NCBI GenBank assembly: GCA_902514605.1 | Contig: CABXRL010000001.1 | Coordinates: forward strand, 1 to 63,391 | Direction: 5' to 3' | DNA: 63,391 nucleotides | DNA from: an uncultured Pelagibacteraceae bacterium | GTDB taxonomy: Bacteria > Pseudomonadota > Alphaproteobacteria > Pelagibacterales > Pelagibacteraceae | In this document: piece after piece, positions 44,014-54,364 of the stretch | How positions within the stretch are numbered: the stretch's first letter is position 1 | How the letters are laid out: each line of letters starts with the position of its first letter | Program-made: the position numbers and the translations under genes | The notes under the pieces: generated by a model | Told to the model about the DNA's origin: nothing | What the model saw: the letters and a program-made list of their open reading frames with translations, nothing else | Database searches by the model: none

Positions 44014-44961
44014 TTATTTTTGATCTAATATTTTTTTAGCAGGAGCGGTTTTTTTTATCCAAGATTTTGGGATACTGTTTACTCCTTTTAATGCTGCGAA
44101 ATACGCTCCAACAAAGTTGACTCTTGAACAGTTGCAGCCACCAGCTTTAATCGTCCTTAAAATTGCACTTTTATAATTCGTTGAAGTAATAATTGAATGA
44201 ATTGAGCTGTTAAAAGTTCCAGGATAGCTACATGCCATTCCTAATTTTTTAACTATTAGTGGGTGAGGTTTTGATTTGTATTTTTTCACTTTTTGAATGC
44301 CCTTCACCACATCCTTAAAATATTTATCTTTTTTGAATTTGTTTATGAATTCATTTACAGGATCTTTACTACCTTTTAGTGCTAAATCTAGTAGATAGAA
44401 TTTTGCTAAAGCATACTTAAGGCTTATTTTTGAAACAGTTATTGTGGAGATAATTTTTTTTATACTTTTAAAATTATAACCATACAAAAAATAGGGAAGG
44501 GCAGCACAATAACCATCTGACTCATTCACCTTTATGCCTCCAGTTACTTTTTTTTTAGCCTTAATATTGCTTACAGTTTCTATTATATTTTGATGGATCC
44601 AGGGTCCTTTAATTATTCCTCGCCAATCTTTGACTTTTCTATATTTCGATCTTAAATTCAAATTTTTCCAGTAGATACTTCCTGGACCAAAATTTTTTGT
44701 AATATTTTTTTTGAATCTTTCTTCAACATTTCTGTGATCATTAAGCAATGTTTTAAACATAACTTGACCAATTTCATTGTATCCTGAAACTTTTCCAGTT
44801 TTGATATTATAAAATGGACTCTTATTTTTTTTTAAGAAGGTAAAATCCTTTTTCCCTTTAATGTAATTTAGAAGTTTTTTTTGATTATAAACCCAATGCA
44901 ACGGTCTAGCTGCAGCATCAGCCACAGTGGCTCCTAAAAAAACGTGTAAATTATTTTTCAC
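44014..44961 (-). CDS. ADP-ribosylglycohydrolase-fold protein, SelJ/J1-crystallin-like
   Basis: GATVADAAARPLHWVY, ACSYPGTF, AGGCNCSR, GVNSIPKSW; probable GTG start at 44961, 1 nt after the trxB stop. Confidence 0.8.
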   Translation of the reverse strand: MKNNLHVFLGATVADAAARPLHWVYNQKKLLNYIKGKKDFTFLKKNKSPFYNIKTGKVSGYNEIGQVMFKTLLNDHRNVEERFKKNITKNFGPGSIYWKNLNLRSKYRKVKDWRGIIKGPWIHQNIIETVSNIKAKKKVTGGIKVNESDGYCAALPYFLYGYNFKSIKKIISTITVSKISLKYALAKFYLLDLALKGSKDPVNEFINKFKKDKYFKDVVKGIQKVKKYKSKPHPLIVKKLGMACSYPGTFNSSIHSIITSTNYKSAILRTIKAGGCNCSRVNFVGAYFAALKGVNSIPKSWIKKTAPAKKILDQK

Positions 44962-44962
44962 T

Positions 44963-45910
44963 TTACTTATGCGAAAGATGTTTTTCAGCCTCAAGAGCCG
45001 CCATACAACCCATACCAGCAGCAGTTACAGCTTGTCTAAAAGTTTTGTCCTTCACATCTCCTGCAGCGTAAACTCCAGGAACATTAGTTTCAGTTGAGTC
45101 TGGTTTGGTAATCAAATATCCTTCATTGTCCATTTTTAGCTGATCTTTGAATAGAGAGGTTGCTGGATCATGACCAATTGCAACAAACAAGCCATCAATT
45201 TTAATTTCCTCTATTTTATTAGTTTTCAAGTTTTTTACTTTGATGCCTTTAACGTTCTTAGGTTCTTTATCGCCTATTACGTCTTCAATAATTGTATCCC
45301 AAACAATTTCAATTTTTTTGTTTTCCATTAATTTTTTTTGGAGCATTTTTTCAGCTCTTAAACTATCTCGTCTATGAATTAATTTTACTTTGGACGCAAA
45401 TTTCGTAAGAAACATTGCCTCCTCTACAGCAGCATTTCCACCACCAACTACTGCCACTTCTTTTTCCTTAAAAAAAAATCCGTCACATGTAGCACATGCC
45501 GAAACCCCAAAACCTCTATATTCTTGTTCAGATTTTATGTTTAACCATCTTGCTTGTGCACCAGTTGAAATAATAATGCTATCTGCAGTAAATTTTTGAC
45601 CAGTATCTCCTACTGCCTCAAATGGCTTAGATTTTAAATTAACAGACTGAATATGATCCTGGATCATTTCTGTTCCAACTGCCTTTGCTTGATCTTTCAT
45701 TTGATCCATTAACCAAGGTCCCTGAATTACATCAGCAAACCCAGGATAATTTTCAACATCGGTGGTTGTCGTTAATTGTCCTCCGGGCTCAGATCCATAA
45801 ACCAAAATTGGATTTAACATTGCACGCGCCGCATAAACTGCAGCAGTATATCCAGCTGGACCGGATCCAATTATTAACACTTTTGTGTGTTTAGTTGGAT
45901 TTTGACTCAT
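44963..45910 (-). CDS. trxB: thioredoxin reductase
   Basis: IGSGPAG, CATCDG, GGGNAAVEE, HRRD, RQAVTAAGMG. Confidence 0.97.
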   Translation of the reverse strand: MSQNPTKHTKVLIIGSGPAGYTAAVYAARAMLNPILVYGSEPGGQLTTTTDVENYPGFADVIQGPWLMDQMKDQAKAVGTEMIQDHIQSVNLKSKPFEAVGDTGQKFTADSIIISTGAQARWLNIKSEQEYRGFGVSACATCDGFFFKEKEVAVVGGGNAAVEEAMFLTKFASKVKLIHRRDSLRAEKMLQKKLMENKKIEIVWDTIIEDVIGDKEPKNVKGIKVKNLKTNKIEEIKIDGLFVAIGHDPATSLFKDQLKMDNEGYLITKPDSTETNVPGVYAAGDVKDKTFRQAVTAAGMGCMAALEAEKHLSHK

Positions 45911-45931
45911 ATGAAAGCTATATAGTAATAA

Positions 45932-46879
45932 ATGAATAAATTAAAAGGTATATTATTGACTCAAGGCATGCATGGAATGATAAGCCAAGTAGAGGGACTA
46001 GCAAAAGCTTTAGACATTGATTTTACACACCACACGGTTGAACTAAATAATTTTTGGAAATTGATACCGCCAAAACTTACTCCAATTTCACAAAGGGTTT
46101 ATAAAAAGATTAATCAAACAGAGTTTGATTTAATCATATCTTGTGGAAGAAAGAGCGTAATTCCATCAATTCACTTAAAAAAGAATTCAAAAAAAAAAAT
46201 AGTTAATATTCATATCCAAAATCCTAAAGTAAATTTTAGTCATTTTGATTTTATTGTTGCTCCTGAGCACGACTTTATAAGAGGTCAAAATGTAATTAAT
46301 ACAAAAGGCGCTATTCATTACCTCACAGAGGGTGAAATTATCAAAAATAAAGACTACTTAAGTTCATTTATTAAAAAAGACCAGAGGAAAATTTGCTCAT
46401 TAATTTTGGGTGGTCCAACAAAGTATTATGAATATTCTTCAGAAAATTTAAAAAATATTTTTTCTAATTTGAATAATTTTCTGAAAAAAAATGACTTTCA
46501 GCTTATTGTAATTCCATCTATGAGGACCCCAAAAAATTCAATAAATTTTGCTAAAGATTATTTTGGTAAAAATCATACAATTATAGATAATGTAGATAAA
46601 AAAGCTTATTTATCTGCTCTATCTATATCTGAGAGTATAGTCGTTACCTGTGACTCAAGCTCAATGATTTCAGAAGCAGCGTTAACTGGAAAACCTATTT
46701 ATGTTGCAAATATTTTGCCAAAAAAAAATGATAGAAGATTACAAGAATTTAGAAATTTATTCCGAAAATTAAATATAATAAGAAATCTAGGTGAATTAGA
46801 AGAAAATTGGAGCTATCAAAAACTAGATGAAACTAATAGAGTAGCAAAATTAATTAAACAAAAAATAATTTCTTTATGA
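45932..46879 (+). CDS. mitochondrial fission ELM1-family (DUF1022) protein
   Basis: GMISQVEGLA, ISCGR, HIQNP, VAPEHD, LILGG, PSMRTP, VTCDSSSMISEA..TGKP. Confidence 0.85.
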   Translation: MNKLKGILLTQGMHGMISQVEGLAKALDIDFTHHTVELNNFWKLIPPKLTPISQRVYKKINQTEFDLIISCGRKSVIPSIHLKKNSKKKIVNIHIQNPKVNFSHFDFIVAPEHDFIRGQNVINTKGAIHYLTEGEIIKNKDYLSSFIKKDQRKICSLILGGPTKYYEYSSENLKNIFSNLNNFLKKNDFQLIVIPSMRTPKNSINFAKDYFGKNHTIIDNVDKKAYLSALSISESIVVTCDSSSMISEAALTGKPIYVANILPKKNDRRLQEFRNLFRKLNIIRNLGELEENWSYQKLDETNRVAKLIKQKIISL

Positions 46880-47541
46880 CTTTTTTAAATTCAATTCAAA
46901 ATCAATCCAAAAAACACAAATTTCCATTTGAGCATTGGGAGTATACTAATGCTCTTACAAATGAAGCGATTGAGGAAATTGTTAAGGCAGATATTCCAGA
47001 TGTTAGCAAACATAATCTTAATTATGATGGAACAAGAGCTATTGATGGTGGTGCTGCAGAGTTTAGGGAAGGAATTGCATCTGGAGGTAAAGCAATTAAA
47101 TTTAGATGTTTTATAACTAAGGAAAATACCTCACAATTTCCACACTTAGTAAAATTTATTAACGAACTTCAGGCTAAAGAGGTACATCAAACCATTTCAA
47201 AAATGATTAACAAAGATTTATCAAATTCATATGTAAGAGTTGAAGTTATTTGTGATAGAGAAGGATTTTGGCTTAAACCCCATTGCGACATCAAAGAAAA
47301 ATTAATGTCAGGATTAATTTTTGTAAATAATGCAAATGAGTCAGAAGAATTGGGCACAGATTTTTATAATCAAAAATTAGAAAAAGTAAAAACTGTTCCT
47401 TATAAACACAATTATGGATATCTTTTTACTAGTGGTCCAAATACCTGGCACGGAATGGAAAAAAAGAAAATAGTTAAAGAAAGAAGATGTGTACAAGTAA
47501 ATTATGTGACTTTTGAGACAGACTGGAAAGTAAATACTTAA
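46876..47541 (+). CDS. 2OG-Fe(II) oxygenase-family protein
   Basis: WLKPHCD (HxD), TWHG distal His, RR 2OG-binding residue. Confidence 0.75.
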   Translation: MTFLNSIQNQSKKHKFPFEHWEYTNALTNEAIEEIVKADIPDVSKHNLNYDGTRAIDGGAAEFREGIASGGKAIKFRCFITKENTSQFPHLVKFINELQAKEVHQTISKMINKDLSNSYVRVEVICDREGFWLKPHCDIKEKLMSGLIFVNNANESEELGTDFYNQKLEKVKTVPYKHNYGYLFTSGPNTWHGMEKKKIVKERRCVQVNYVTFETDWKVNT

Positions 47542-50500
47542 ATATCTTGAAGTGATGTAACTTCCAACTTTCTTGTTTTTAAAGATTTTATTGCCTCCAA
47601 ACATGCAAGTGCAGTTGACATATTAGTACAATAAGGAACTTTATTTTTTAGAGTTCCTCTTCTAAGTGCAATTGCATCATTTAATCTGTGTTCAGTATTT
47701 CCTCCACCAGTATTTATTACTAAAGCAATTTTTTTGGAGTCTAATACATCTACTATGTGAGGAGACCCACTACTTACCTTATTGATAATTCTACATCTCA
47801 TTTTATGTTTTCTAAGGTATTCAGCAGTCCCCTTTGTTGCACATAATGTAAAATTTAATTTTAAAAGTTCTTTTGCTAAACTAATCCCTTCATCTTTATG
47901 AGAGTTTTTTAAAGATATAAAAGCAAGCCCTTGTTTTGGTAAAGAATTGGCAGAGGCTATTTGGCTTTTGGCAAATGCCATCCCAAAGTTTTTATCAAAT
48001 CCCATTACTTCACCAGTTGACTTCATTTCAGGACCTAAAAGTAAATCACTGTTAGGGAATTTATTAAAAGGAAATACAGCTTCTTTAACCGCATACATTC
48101 CTTTAGAATTATCCTTTAAATTAAATTTTGATAATTTTTCACCCGCCATTACTCTTGATGCAATTTTTGCAAGAGGTAAACCTTTTGCTTTTGAAACAAA
48201 TGGCACTGTCCTACTTGCTCTAGGGTTAACTTCGATTACATAAATTTCATCTTTTTTGATTGCGAATTGAACATTCATGAAACCTTTAACTTTTAAAGCC
48301 AAGGCTAATTTTTTAGTTTGGTTTTCAATTTCTTTGATTAAAAATGGTTTAATAGATATTGGAGGCAAGCTACAAGCCGAGTCACCAGAGTGAATTCCAG
48401 CTTCTTCAATGTGCTGCATAATACCTGCCACGTGTACTTGCTTTCCATCAGATATTGCATCAACATCAACTTCCATTGCATGATTAATAAACTTATCAAC
48501 TAGAATTGGATTTCTTTCGGCTGCTTTAAATGCTGCTTCAACAAAATTTTTAAGTTGGCTATTTTCATGAACTATTTCCATTGCTCTTCCGCCAAGAACA
48601 TATGAGGGTCTAACCATCAAAGGTAAACCGATTTTATCAGCTATTTGAATAGCTTGTTTAAAAGTTTTTGCAATTCCACTTTCAGCTTGTTTAAGCTTTA
48701 ACTTATTAAGTAAATTTCTAAATCTATCTCTATCTTCTGCTAGGTCAATTGATGCATATTGTGTTCCTAGAATAGGAAGCCTATTATTATGTAAAAATTT
48801 TGCAAGTTTAATTGGAGTTTGACCACCAAATTGTGCAATAATCCCAATTAAGTTTCCTTTTTCTTTTTCTTTATTAATAATATTAAAAACATATTCCTCC
48901 TTGAGTGGCTCAAAATATAATCGATCGCTTGTATCATAATCTGTTGAAACTGTTTCAGGATTACAATTTACCATAATCGTTTCAAATCCAGCTTCTTTTA
49001 ATGAAAAACTTGCCTGGCAACAGCAATAGTCAAATTCTATTCCTTGTCCAATTCTATTAGGACCACCGCCCAGAATAATAATCTTTTTCTTAGTCGATGG
49101 ATCTGCCTCACATTCTGAATTAAATGAGAAATTTCGTTGATATGTTGAATACATGTAAGGTGTGAACGATCTAAATTCAGCTGCACAAGTATCTACTTTT
49201 TTTGAATACTGGTAAAATTTTAAGGGCAGTTCTTTTTTGTCTTATTATATCTTCAGATGTATTTGTTAACTCTGCTAATTTTTTGTCAGAAAAACCTATT
49301 GATTTTATTTTATTAAATTCATTGAAATTTTTTGGTAACCCCTTGCTTTTAATCTTAATTTCATTGTCTATTATTTCTTTAATTTGTTCTAGAAACCATG
49401 GATCAATTTTTGATAATATAAATATTCTTTTTAAATTAATTTTTTTTCTAATCGCTTCTGCAACTAGCAACAGTTTATTCGGAATATTTTCTTTTAGTTT
49501 TTTTTCAACTTGTTTTTTATCAAAATCAAATATTCTGTCTAATCCCGAAAAACCAGTTTCAAGAGATACCAATGCTTTTTGAAGAGATTCTTTAAAATTT
49601 CTTCCTATGGCCATAGCCTCACCAACTGATTTCATTGATGTACCTAGAGTTGCTGGAGAAGTTGAAAATTTTTCAAAAGTAAATCTTGGAATTTTTGTTA
49701 CCACATAATCAATACTTGGTTCAAATGAAGCAGGCGTTACTTTGGTGATTTCATTTTTTAATTCATCTAAAGTGTAACCAACGGCAAGTTTTGCAGCAAT
49801 TTTTGCAATAGGAAATCCAGTTGCTTTAGATGCAAGCGCTGATGATCTTGATACTCTAGGGTTCATCTCAATTACAACCATTCGGCCATTTTTAGGATTG
49901 ATTGCAAATTGAACATTTGATCCACCTGTTTCAACTCCAATTTTTCTTAAACACGCAATAGAAGCATTTCTCATTACTTGGTATTCTTTATCAGTCAATG
50001 TAAGAGCTGGAGCAACAGTTACTGAGTCACCAGTATGTATTCCCATCGGATCAACATTTTCAATTGAGCAGATGATGATACAGTTATCTTTTTTATCCCT
50101 TACAACTTCCATCTCAAATTCTTTCCAGCCTTCTAAACATTCTTCAACCAATACCTGGTTAACCGGAGACTCGTGGAGCCCACTTTTAATTATTTTAAGG
50201 TAGTCTTTTTTATTTTTAGCTATACCACCGCCAAGACCTCCAAGCGTAAATGCAGGTCTTATAATTGCAGGTAGACCAATTTTTTTCAAAACTTTAGATG
50301 CTTGGTTGATATTGTTTACAATTTCAGATTTAGGTAAATCCAAACCAATATCAATCATATTTTTTCTAAATTTTTTCCTATCCTCTGCATTAGCAATTGC
50401 CTTTGAGTTTGCCCCTATGAGTTCAATCTTATATTTTTTTAAAATTCCTTTTTTCTCAGCTTCCATTGCGAGATTAAGTGCCGTCTGGCCACCCATAGTT

Positions 50501-50763
50501 GGTAGAATTGCCTCTGGTTTTTCTTTTTTAAGAATTTTTTCTAAAACTTCTAATGTTATTGGCTCTATATAAGTTTTATCTGCAACATCTGGATCAGTCA
50601 TAATAGTTGCGGGATTTGAGTTAATTAAAATTACTTTGTAACCTTCATCTTTTAATGCCTTACAAGCTTGTGTACCTGAATAATCAAACTCGCATGCTTG
50701 ACCAATGATAATGGGTCCAGCCCCTACAACTAATATTCTTTTAATATCTCTTCGTTTTGGCAT
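47538..50763 (-). CDS. carB: carbamoyl-phosphate synthase large subunit, split by a one-base frameshift in T7 at 49197-49203
   Basis: [17 protein letters not shown] in ORF 49177-50763; ORF 47538-49154 holds the second ATP-grasp and MGS domains; removing one A gives the continuous [24 protein letters not shown]. Confidence 0.93.
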
Positions 50764-51934
50764 TTTTTTTTATATTGTTAATAAATTCTTCAAACAAGTA
50801 GACGCTATCCTGTGGTCCAGGGTTTGACTCTGGATGATATTGCACTGAAAATATTGGTCTGTTTTTAAGTCTTATTCCCTCAATGGTGTTATCAAAAAGA
50901 GATTTATGAGTAATTTCAATTATTTTTGGTAAAGTTTCTTCAACTACTACAAAACCATGATTTTGACTGGTGATTTCAACTTTATCACGGACTAAATTTT
51001 TGACGGGATGGTTTGCACCTCTGTGTCCCAACTTCATTTTTTTTGTTTTTCCACCTAAGGCTAATGCTAAAATTTGGTGACCTAAACAAATTCCAAATAT
51101 AGGTAAATTTTTTTTAATTAATTTATTAAGTATTTCTATTGCATATTTTCCTGTTGCAGCAGGATCACCAGGACCATTTGATAAAAATATTCCATGTGGT
51201 TTAAGATCTAATATTTTTTCTGCAGACGTTTTGCAAGAAACAACAGTTACTTTACATTTAAAGTCTGAGAAATATCTTAAAATATTTTTTTTAATTCCAT
51301 AATCAATTGCAACAACATGAAAAGAATTTTTTAAATTTTTTTTATATCCTTTTTCTTTTTTCCAAGTTTTAAGGCCTTTCCAAATATAGTTTTTTGAGGT
51401 CGTTACAGTTTCTGCAAGATCAAGATTTTTTAATCCACCCCATTTGATGGTTGAGTTTGTTAATTTGCTAACATTAAATTTTCCATTTTTTGAATAAAAA
51501 ATTGTTCCCTTAGGTGCCCCTTTATCCCTAATAAAGTTTGTTAAACTTCTAGTATCTAGTCCTGTAATTCCTATAATCTTATTTTTTTTGAGCCAGGCAT
51601 CTAAATGTAAAAATGCTCTATAATTTGAAGGAGAGGTAATTTCAGAATTAAAGATTACACCTCTAGTCCAGATTTTATCAGACTCAATATCCTCTTTATT
51701 TGTTCCAACATTTCCGATATGTGGGAATGTAAAGTTTATAATCTGACCTGCATAGGAAGGATCGGAAATAATTTCTTGGTAACCAGTTAATGAAGTATTA
51801 AAGCAAACCTCACCAGTTGCTTCTCCTTGATAGCCAATTCCAATCCCTTTAAAAACTTTCTTATTTTCAAGAACTAAAACGCCTGTACTAATTTGTGAAT
51901 TTTTTGAGTTTGTTTTTTTTGCTTTTTTGATCAA
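50741..51934 (-). CDS. carA: carbamoyl-phosphate synthase small subunit
   Basis: [33 protein letters not shown]. Confidence 0.97.
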   Translation of the reverse strand: MIKKAKKTNSKNSQISTGVLVLENKKVFKGIGIGYQGEATGEVCFNTSLTGYQEIISDPSYAGQIINFTFPHIGNVGTNKEDIESDKIWTRGVIFNSEITSPSNYRAFLHLDAWLKKNKIIGITGLDTRSLTNFIRDKGAPKGTIFYSKNGKFNVSKLTNSTIKWGGLKNLDLAETVTTSKNYIWKGLKTWKKEKGYKKNLKNSFHVVAIDYGIKKNILRYFSDFKCKVTVVSCKTSAEKILDLKPHGIFLSNGPGDPAATGKYAIEILNKLIKKNLPIFGICLGHQILALALGGKTKKMKLGHRGANHPVKNLVRDKVEITSQNHGFVVVEETLPKIIEITHKSLFDNTIEGIRLKNRPIFSVQYHPESNPGPQDSVYLFEEFINNIKKNAKTKRY

Positions 51935-52060
51935 TTACAACTCATAAGTTAAAGGTTAATACAATAATTGATTTATTATCGCAACAGAGATGTATTATAA
52001 AATTGTAAAAAAACAATTTTTCTTTTGAAGATTTTTTTCTTTAAAGTAAATTAAAAATAT

Positions 52061-52522
52061 ATGCCACTAAAAGAGACAATTGAAATTGAATACAAAAACG
52101 CCTTAAAAGCTAAAGATAAAACTAAAATATCAACTTATAGGTTAATTTTATCATCTATAAAGGATTTGGATATTTCAAATAGGTCTGGTCCAAATAAAAA
52201 AGAAACAGATGATGAAGACATAAAAAAGCTTCTAAAAAAAATGGTCAAACAGAGAGCCGAATCGATAGATATCTACAAAAAAAACAATAGGACAGATCTT
52301 TTAGAGGTAGAGCAAAATGAATATAATATTTTAACTGGATTTTTACCAAAACAGCTTGGTGAGGAGGAAACTAAAAAAATTTGTGCAGAATTGATTTCCA
52401 AACTTGGCGCAAATTCAGTTAAGGACATGGGAAAAGTAATGGGTGAATTAAAAAAACTGCATTCAGATGAAATTGATTTTGCAAAAGCTGGTCCTCTTAT
52501 TAAAGAATTATTAAATAGTTAA
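52061..52522 (+). CDS. GatB/YqeY domain protein
   Basis: KQRAESIDIY, FLPKQL, DMGKVMGELK. Confidence 0.9.
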   Translation: MPLKETIEIEYKNALKAKDKTKISTYRLILSSIKDLDISNRSGPNKKETDDEDIKKLLKKMVKQRAESIDIYKKNNRTDLLEVEQNEYNILTGFLPKQLGEEETKKICAELISKLGANSVKDMGKVMGELKKLHSDEIDFAKAGPLIKELLNS

Positions 52523-54297
52523 TGAAATATCCTAAAGAATATCTTGATGAAATTAAAACAAGGTTAAAAGTTTCATCTGTTGTATCAAAATCTGTTGTCC
52601 TAAAAAAAAGAGGAAAAGAGTTTGTTGGTTTGTCTCCTTTTAAAAATGAAAAAACTCCATCGTTTACAGTCAATGATGAAAAAGAATTTTATCATTGTTT
52701 TGCAACATCAGAGCATGGAAACATTTTTGATTTCGTAATGAAAATTCAAAATCTTAAATTTGGTGAGGCAGTGAAACATTTAGCTCAATTAGCTGGGATG
52801 CAACCTTATACGTTTTCAAAACAAGATGAGGAAAGAGAAAAAAAGTGGAAAGAGTACCAAGCAATCTTTAGTGAATATGTAGATTTTTACCATAACCAAT
52901 TATTAAAAAATGAGAGTTATTCTATTGCAAGAGATTATTTAAAAAATAGATCTTTAACTAAAGAAGAGGTTAAAAAATTTAAAATCGGATATATACAAAA
53001 AAATCCAAATTTTTATGAAAAATTAAAATACAATTATAGTGAACAAACTTTAGCTGAAACTGGTTTGTTTTATTTAGATGAAAAAAAGAAAATATATGTT
53101 GAAAGATTTAGAGGTAGATTAATTTTTCCAATCAATAACATTTCAGGTCAACCAATAGCCTTAGGTGGAAGAATAATTGAAAATTTAGACTATTTAGCTA
53201 AATATATAAATTCACCTGAAACAAATTTTTTTAAAAAAGGATCCAATTTATATAATTTAGATGTAGCTCGAAAACTTTCTAACAAAATAGATCACATTTA
53301 TCTAGTCGAGGGTTATATGGATGTAGTTGGTTTAAGTAAAAATGGAGTTGACAATACAGTTGCAAATCTTGGTACTTCTCTAACAGATAAACAAATTCTA
53401 ACATTGAATCAGTTTTTTGATGACATAATAATTTGTTTTGATGGCGATGAAAGCGGATATAAAGCTGCTTTGAGAGCTGCAGAAAACTCTATTAAAGAAT
53501 TAAGACCTGAAAAACAAATATCTTTTTTATTTTTACCTCAAAAAGAAGATCCAGATAGCTTTGTGAATAAAAATGGCAAAAACTATTTCTTAGATTTTAC
53601 TAAAAAAAGTAAATTAACTATTCATCAATTTATTTTTAGTCATTATAAAAAACAAACTGAAAACGATCCTTCCTCATTAGCGGTGTTTGAGAAAAAACTT
53701 CGATCTATTGCAAACACGATTAAAGATAATTTTATTAAAAAATATGTCCTTGAGTATTTTTTAGAAAAAATTTCTGAATTAACACCTTACTCAAATTTGA
53801 ATAAAAAAAAGTTTTACATAAAAAAAGCAAAGTCTTTGGAAACTACTAAAAAACTTTTCAACGAGAGTCAATCATTGACAGGCGTTGAGCTTAAGGAATT
53901 TTCTTTATTATATTTAATAATGAATAATCTTAATTTATTACAATCAAATATTTTTCTAATCGAAAATATTAAATTATTTACTGAGATAAATAAAAAAATT
54001 TTAGCGGCAATTATTGTAAAATTAAGATCTGGAGAACAAATATCCATTGAAACTTTAGGTTTAGACCAACAACTACTAGATAAAATTAATAAATTTGCCC
54101 CAATCAAATATATTTTAAAAACTAAGTCTAAAAATAATCATCAAATTTTGGAATTTTTAGAGGATATTAAAAGGGATCTTATGAATTATGATTTGGAGTT
54201 TAGGATTCAGGAATTAGAATCGAAGTTCTCTGAGGATATGAGTGAAGCAACATTTAATGAGCTAAAAGAGCTCAAAAAAGAGAAAAATATCAATTAA
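52522..54297 (+). CDS. dnaG: DNA primase
   Basis: LSPFKNEKTPSF, RFRGRLIFPI, KYINSPET, VEGYMDV, FDGDESG, DPD TOPRIM. Confidence 0.96.
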   Translation: MKYPKEYLDEIKTRLKVSSVVSKSVVLKKRGKEFVGLSPFKNEKTPSFTVNDEKEFYHCFATSEHGNIFDFVMKIQNLKFGEAVKHLAQLAGMQPYTFSKQDEEREKKWKEYQAIFSEYVDFYHNQLLKNESYSIARDYLKNRSLTKEEVKKFKIGYIQKNPNFYEKLKYNYSEQTLAETGLFYLDEKKKIYVERFRGRLIFPINNISGQPIALGGRIIENLDYLAKYINSPETNFFKKGSNLYNLDVARKLSNKIDHIYLVEGYMDVVGLSKNGVDNTVANLGTSLTDKQILTLNQFFDDIIICFDGDESGYKAALRAAENSIKELRPEKQISFLFLPQKEDPDSFVNKNGKNYFLDFTKKSKLTIHQFIFSHYKKQTENDPSSLAVFEKKLRSIANTIKDNFIKKYVLEYFLEKISELTPYSNLNKKKFYIKKAKSLETTKKLFNESQSLTGVELKEFSLLYLIMNNLNLLQSNIFLIENIKLFTEINKKILAAIIVKLRSGEQISIETLGLDQQLLDKINKFAPIKYILKTKSKNNHQILEFLEDIKRDLMNYDLEFRIQELESKFSEDMSEATFNELKELKKEKNIN

Positions 54298-54364
54298 ATT
54301 CTTAAAATTAATAATGGATTTTTATAGATTTAATATTATATAAGAATTCCTAATTTATATTGCT

